64,000 nt of DNA, from contig CAWGYD010000004.1 in NCBI GenBank assembly GCA_963826785.1, forward strand, positions 160,001-224,000, given 5' to 3'. How positions within the stretch are numbered: the stretch's first letter is position 1; each line of letters begins with the position of its first letter. Made by a program: the position numbers and the translations under genes. The notes beneath the pieces were generated by a model that had not been told where the DNA came from, searched no databases, and saw only the letters and a list, made by a program, of their open reading frames with translations. The DNA is from an uncultured delta proteobacterium. Lineage in GTDB: Bacteria; Desulfobacterota; Desulfobacteria; Desulfobacterales; Desulfosalsimonadaceae. This document shows positions 61,989 through 64,000 of this stretch, one piece after another.

Positions 61989-64000
61989 AGTGGATCCCGA
62001 ATCAACCGGTGCGGATGTGCGCCGAATTTCCCGATTCCCTGGCTGACAGCGCCCGGGAAAAGTGGGACGCATTTATCCGGGCCTGCGAAGAAAAGGCGAT
62101 AGATCCCGCTGAACTGGGGGATGTGGCCAAAGAGGCAAAGAAAGTGTTCGCCCTGAGTGAATTTGTCGCCCGGCGGGCCGTTCTTTCTCCTGAATTGTTT
62201 TTGGACCTGGCTGCCAGCAGGGATTTGATGAAGCCCTATGCGCCGGGCGAATACGCGCGAAAGCTTGCGTCCGCCTGCCGGGGTGCGGAGCAGATGGAGA
62301 TGCTGTATAGCACCCTTCGAAAGGTCCGGGCCCGGGAATTGGTGCGAATCGCCTTCAGGGACCTGGCCGGGTGGTCGGCCTTGAATGAAACCATGACCGC
62401 TCTGTCGGATTTTGCCGATGCGGTTCTGGAGGCCGCCCTGGCCGTATTGCACCGGTGGGCCTGCCATGAATACGGCGTACCGGTGGGCGAAAGCGGCAGG
62501 CACCAGTCGCTGGTCGTCATCGGGGTCGGCAAGCTGGGGGGGCAGGAGCTCAATTTTTCTTCGGATATCGATATCATCTTTGCCTTCCCCGAATCCGGCA
62601 GAACCAAGGGGGCGGTCTCGTCGATCACCAATGCGGATTTTTTTGCCCGGCTGTGCCGGCGGCTGATCGAGCTGCTGTCCAAATCCACCATCGACGGGTT
62701 TGTGTTCCGGCTGGACACGCGGCTTCGGCCGTTCGGTGATTCGGGTCCCCTCGCCATGAGCTTCGATGCCATGGAAACCTATTACCAGGAGCAGGGACGG
62801 GAATGGGAGCGCTACGCGCTCATCAAGGGACGGGTGGTGGCCGGAAACCCGGATGCCGGGGCGGAGCTTATGGAGCGGCTCAAACCGTTCGTGTACCGCC
62901 GGTACCTGGATTACGGGTCCTTCGATTCATTGAGGGATATGAAACACAAGATTTCCCGGGAAGTCTCCCGCAAGGGGATGGAGGGAAACGTGAAGCTTGG
63001 CCCCGGGGGCATCCGGGAAATCGAGTTTTTCGGCCAGATGTTCCAGCTGATCCGGGGCGGCGTAAACCCGGATTATCAGCAGCGGCAAATCTTGAACATC
63101 CTGGATGTTCTTGCGCAGGATCACGTGATCCTGCCGCGGGTGCGGGATGAACTCTCCTCCGCCTACGTGTTTCTGCGCAATGTCGAGCATCGGCTCCAGA
63201 TGGCCGAGGATCTCCAGACCCATCAGCTTCCGGAGTCCGTGGCGAACCGGCAGCGCCTGGCCCTGTCCATGGGATTTGCCGGCTGGGAATCCTTTTTTCA
63301 GGAATTAACCGGGATCATGGACCGGGTTCACGCGCATTTCGACGAACTGCTGGCCACCGATGAAGAGCCGGGGCAGATGCAAAACAGCAGCCGGTTCATT
63401 CAGGCGGCATGGGAAAACCTCTCCGATCCTGCTGCCAACGCAGATCTCATCAGAAAAGCGGGATTCGGGGACCCCGTCGCCATTTTAAAGATCATGGAAC
63501 GGTTTCGGGACCTGGCAGCAGCCAAAGATGTCAGCACACAAGGCTGCCAGCGGATTCAGCGGCTGGTGCCGAAGATCATCGCCGAATCAGTGAATGCCGA
63601 CGAACCTGAAAAGGTGCTAAACCAGATCTTTCAGCTTTTGGAAGCCATCCGCAGGCGCTCCTGTTATGTGGCCCTGCTGCTGGAAAACCCGGATACCATG
63701 GCCTACCTGGTGAAGCTGGCCGGGGCCAGCGACCTGGTCATGTCTTTTCTGTCCCGCCATCCTCTGCTGCTCGATGAACTGCTCGACCCGCGGACCCTCT
63801 ATGCGCCCCTGAGCAAAAAGGAACTGGCATCGGAGCTCGATTCAAGGCTGGGACGCATCGACGCCGGTGATCTGGAGCTGCAAATGGATGATCTGCGCAT
63901 ATTCCGGCAGATCAACACCTTTCGCATCGCAGCGGCGGATGTGGCCGGCACCCTGCCCCTGATGAAAGTGAGCGACGGGCTGACCTTTCTGGCGGAAACC
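61985..64000 (+). CDS. glnE: Glutamine synthetase adenylyltransferase (partial, runs off window end)
   Basis: Manual translation from ATG 61985 (ATGA overlap): GKLGGQELNFSSDIDIIF, FRLDTRLRPFG, GREWERYALIK, NVKLGPGGIREIEF and HPLLLDELLD. Not in the ORF track. Confidence 0.95.
   Translation, partial: MKWIPNQPVRMCAEFPDSLADSAREKWDAFIRACEEKAIDPAELGDVAKEAKKVFALSEFVARRAVLSPELFLDLAASRDLMKPYAPGEYARKLASACRGAEQMEMLYSTLRKVRARELVRIAFRDLAGWSALNETMTALSDFADAVLEAALAVLHRWACHEYGVPVGESGRHQSLVVIGVGKLGGQELNFSSDIDIIFAFPESGRTKGAVSSITNADFFARLCRRLIELLSKSTIDGFVFRLDTRLRPFGDSGPLAMSFDAMETYYQEQGREWERYALIKGRVVAGNPDAGAELMERLKPFVYRRYLDYGSFDSLRDMKHKISREVSRKGMEGNVKLGPGGIREIEFFGQMFQLIRGGVNPDYQQRQILNILDVLAQDHVILPRVRDELSSAYVFLRNVEHRLQMAEDLQTHQLPESVANRQRLALSMGFAGWESFFQELTGIMDRVHAHFDELLATDEEPGQMQNSSRFIQAAWENLSDPAANADLIRKAGFGDPVAILKIMERFRDLAAAKDVSTQGCQRIQRLVPKIIAESVNADEPEKVLNQIFQLLEAIRRRSCYVALLLENPDTMAYLVKLAGASDLVMSFLSRHPLLLDELLDPRTLYAPLSKKELASELDSRLGRIDAGDLELQMDDLRIFRQINTFRIAAADVAGTLPLMKVSDGLTFLAET

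Overview
GC-rich bacterial chromosomal segment, most consistent with an anaerobic Desulfobacterota (Desulfobacterales-like) organism; this is inferred from gene content (tungsten-type AOR, two long-chain acyl-CoA ligases, CFI-box sorting signal). Most of it is housekeeping: hrpA, tgt/queA, gatB, gatCA, mutL, argS, epmA, glnE and a DEAD-box helicase. Two genes run off the window edges and are absent from the ORF track: the 5' end of cas1 (2-220, minus) and glnE (61985 to end). The best candidate for an undescribed system is a GntR/FadR-regulated operon at 37.7-48.7 kb: LIV-type ABC transporter, ferredoxin, aldehyde:ferredoxin oxidoreductase, choline dehydrogenase BetA and a TorF-like porin. It may oxidise choline to glycine betaine anaerobically, with AOR in place of BetB. 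Several palindromic repeat families also occur: a 7 x 45-bp array that stays open as a 15-aa-repeat ORF, separated from a glycosyltransferase by one in-frame TAG; CGTC-type REPs flanking a small GIY-YIG nuclease gene; a 126-bp MITE-like element; and a ~180-nt nested hairpin. At least eight single-base frameshifts, including one in the normally essential gatA, suggest uncorrected sequencing indels rather than real pseudogenes.
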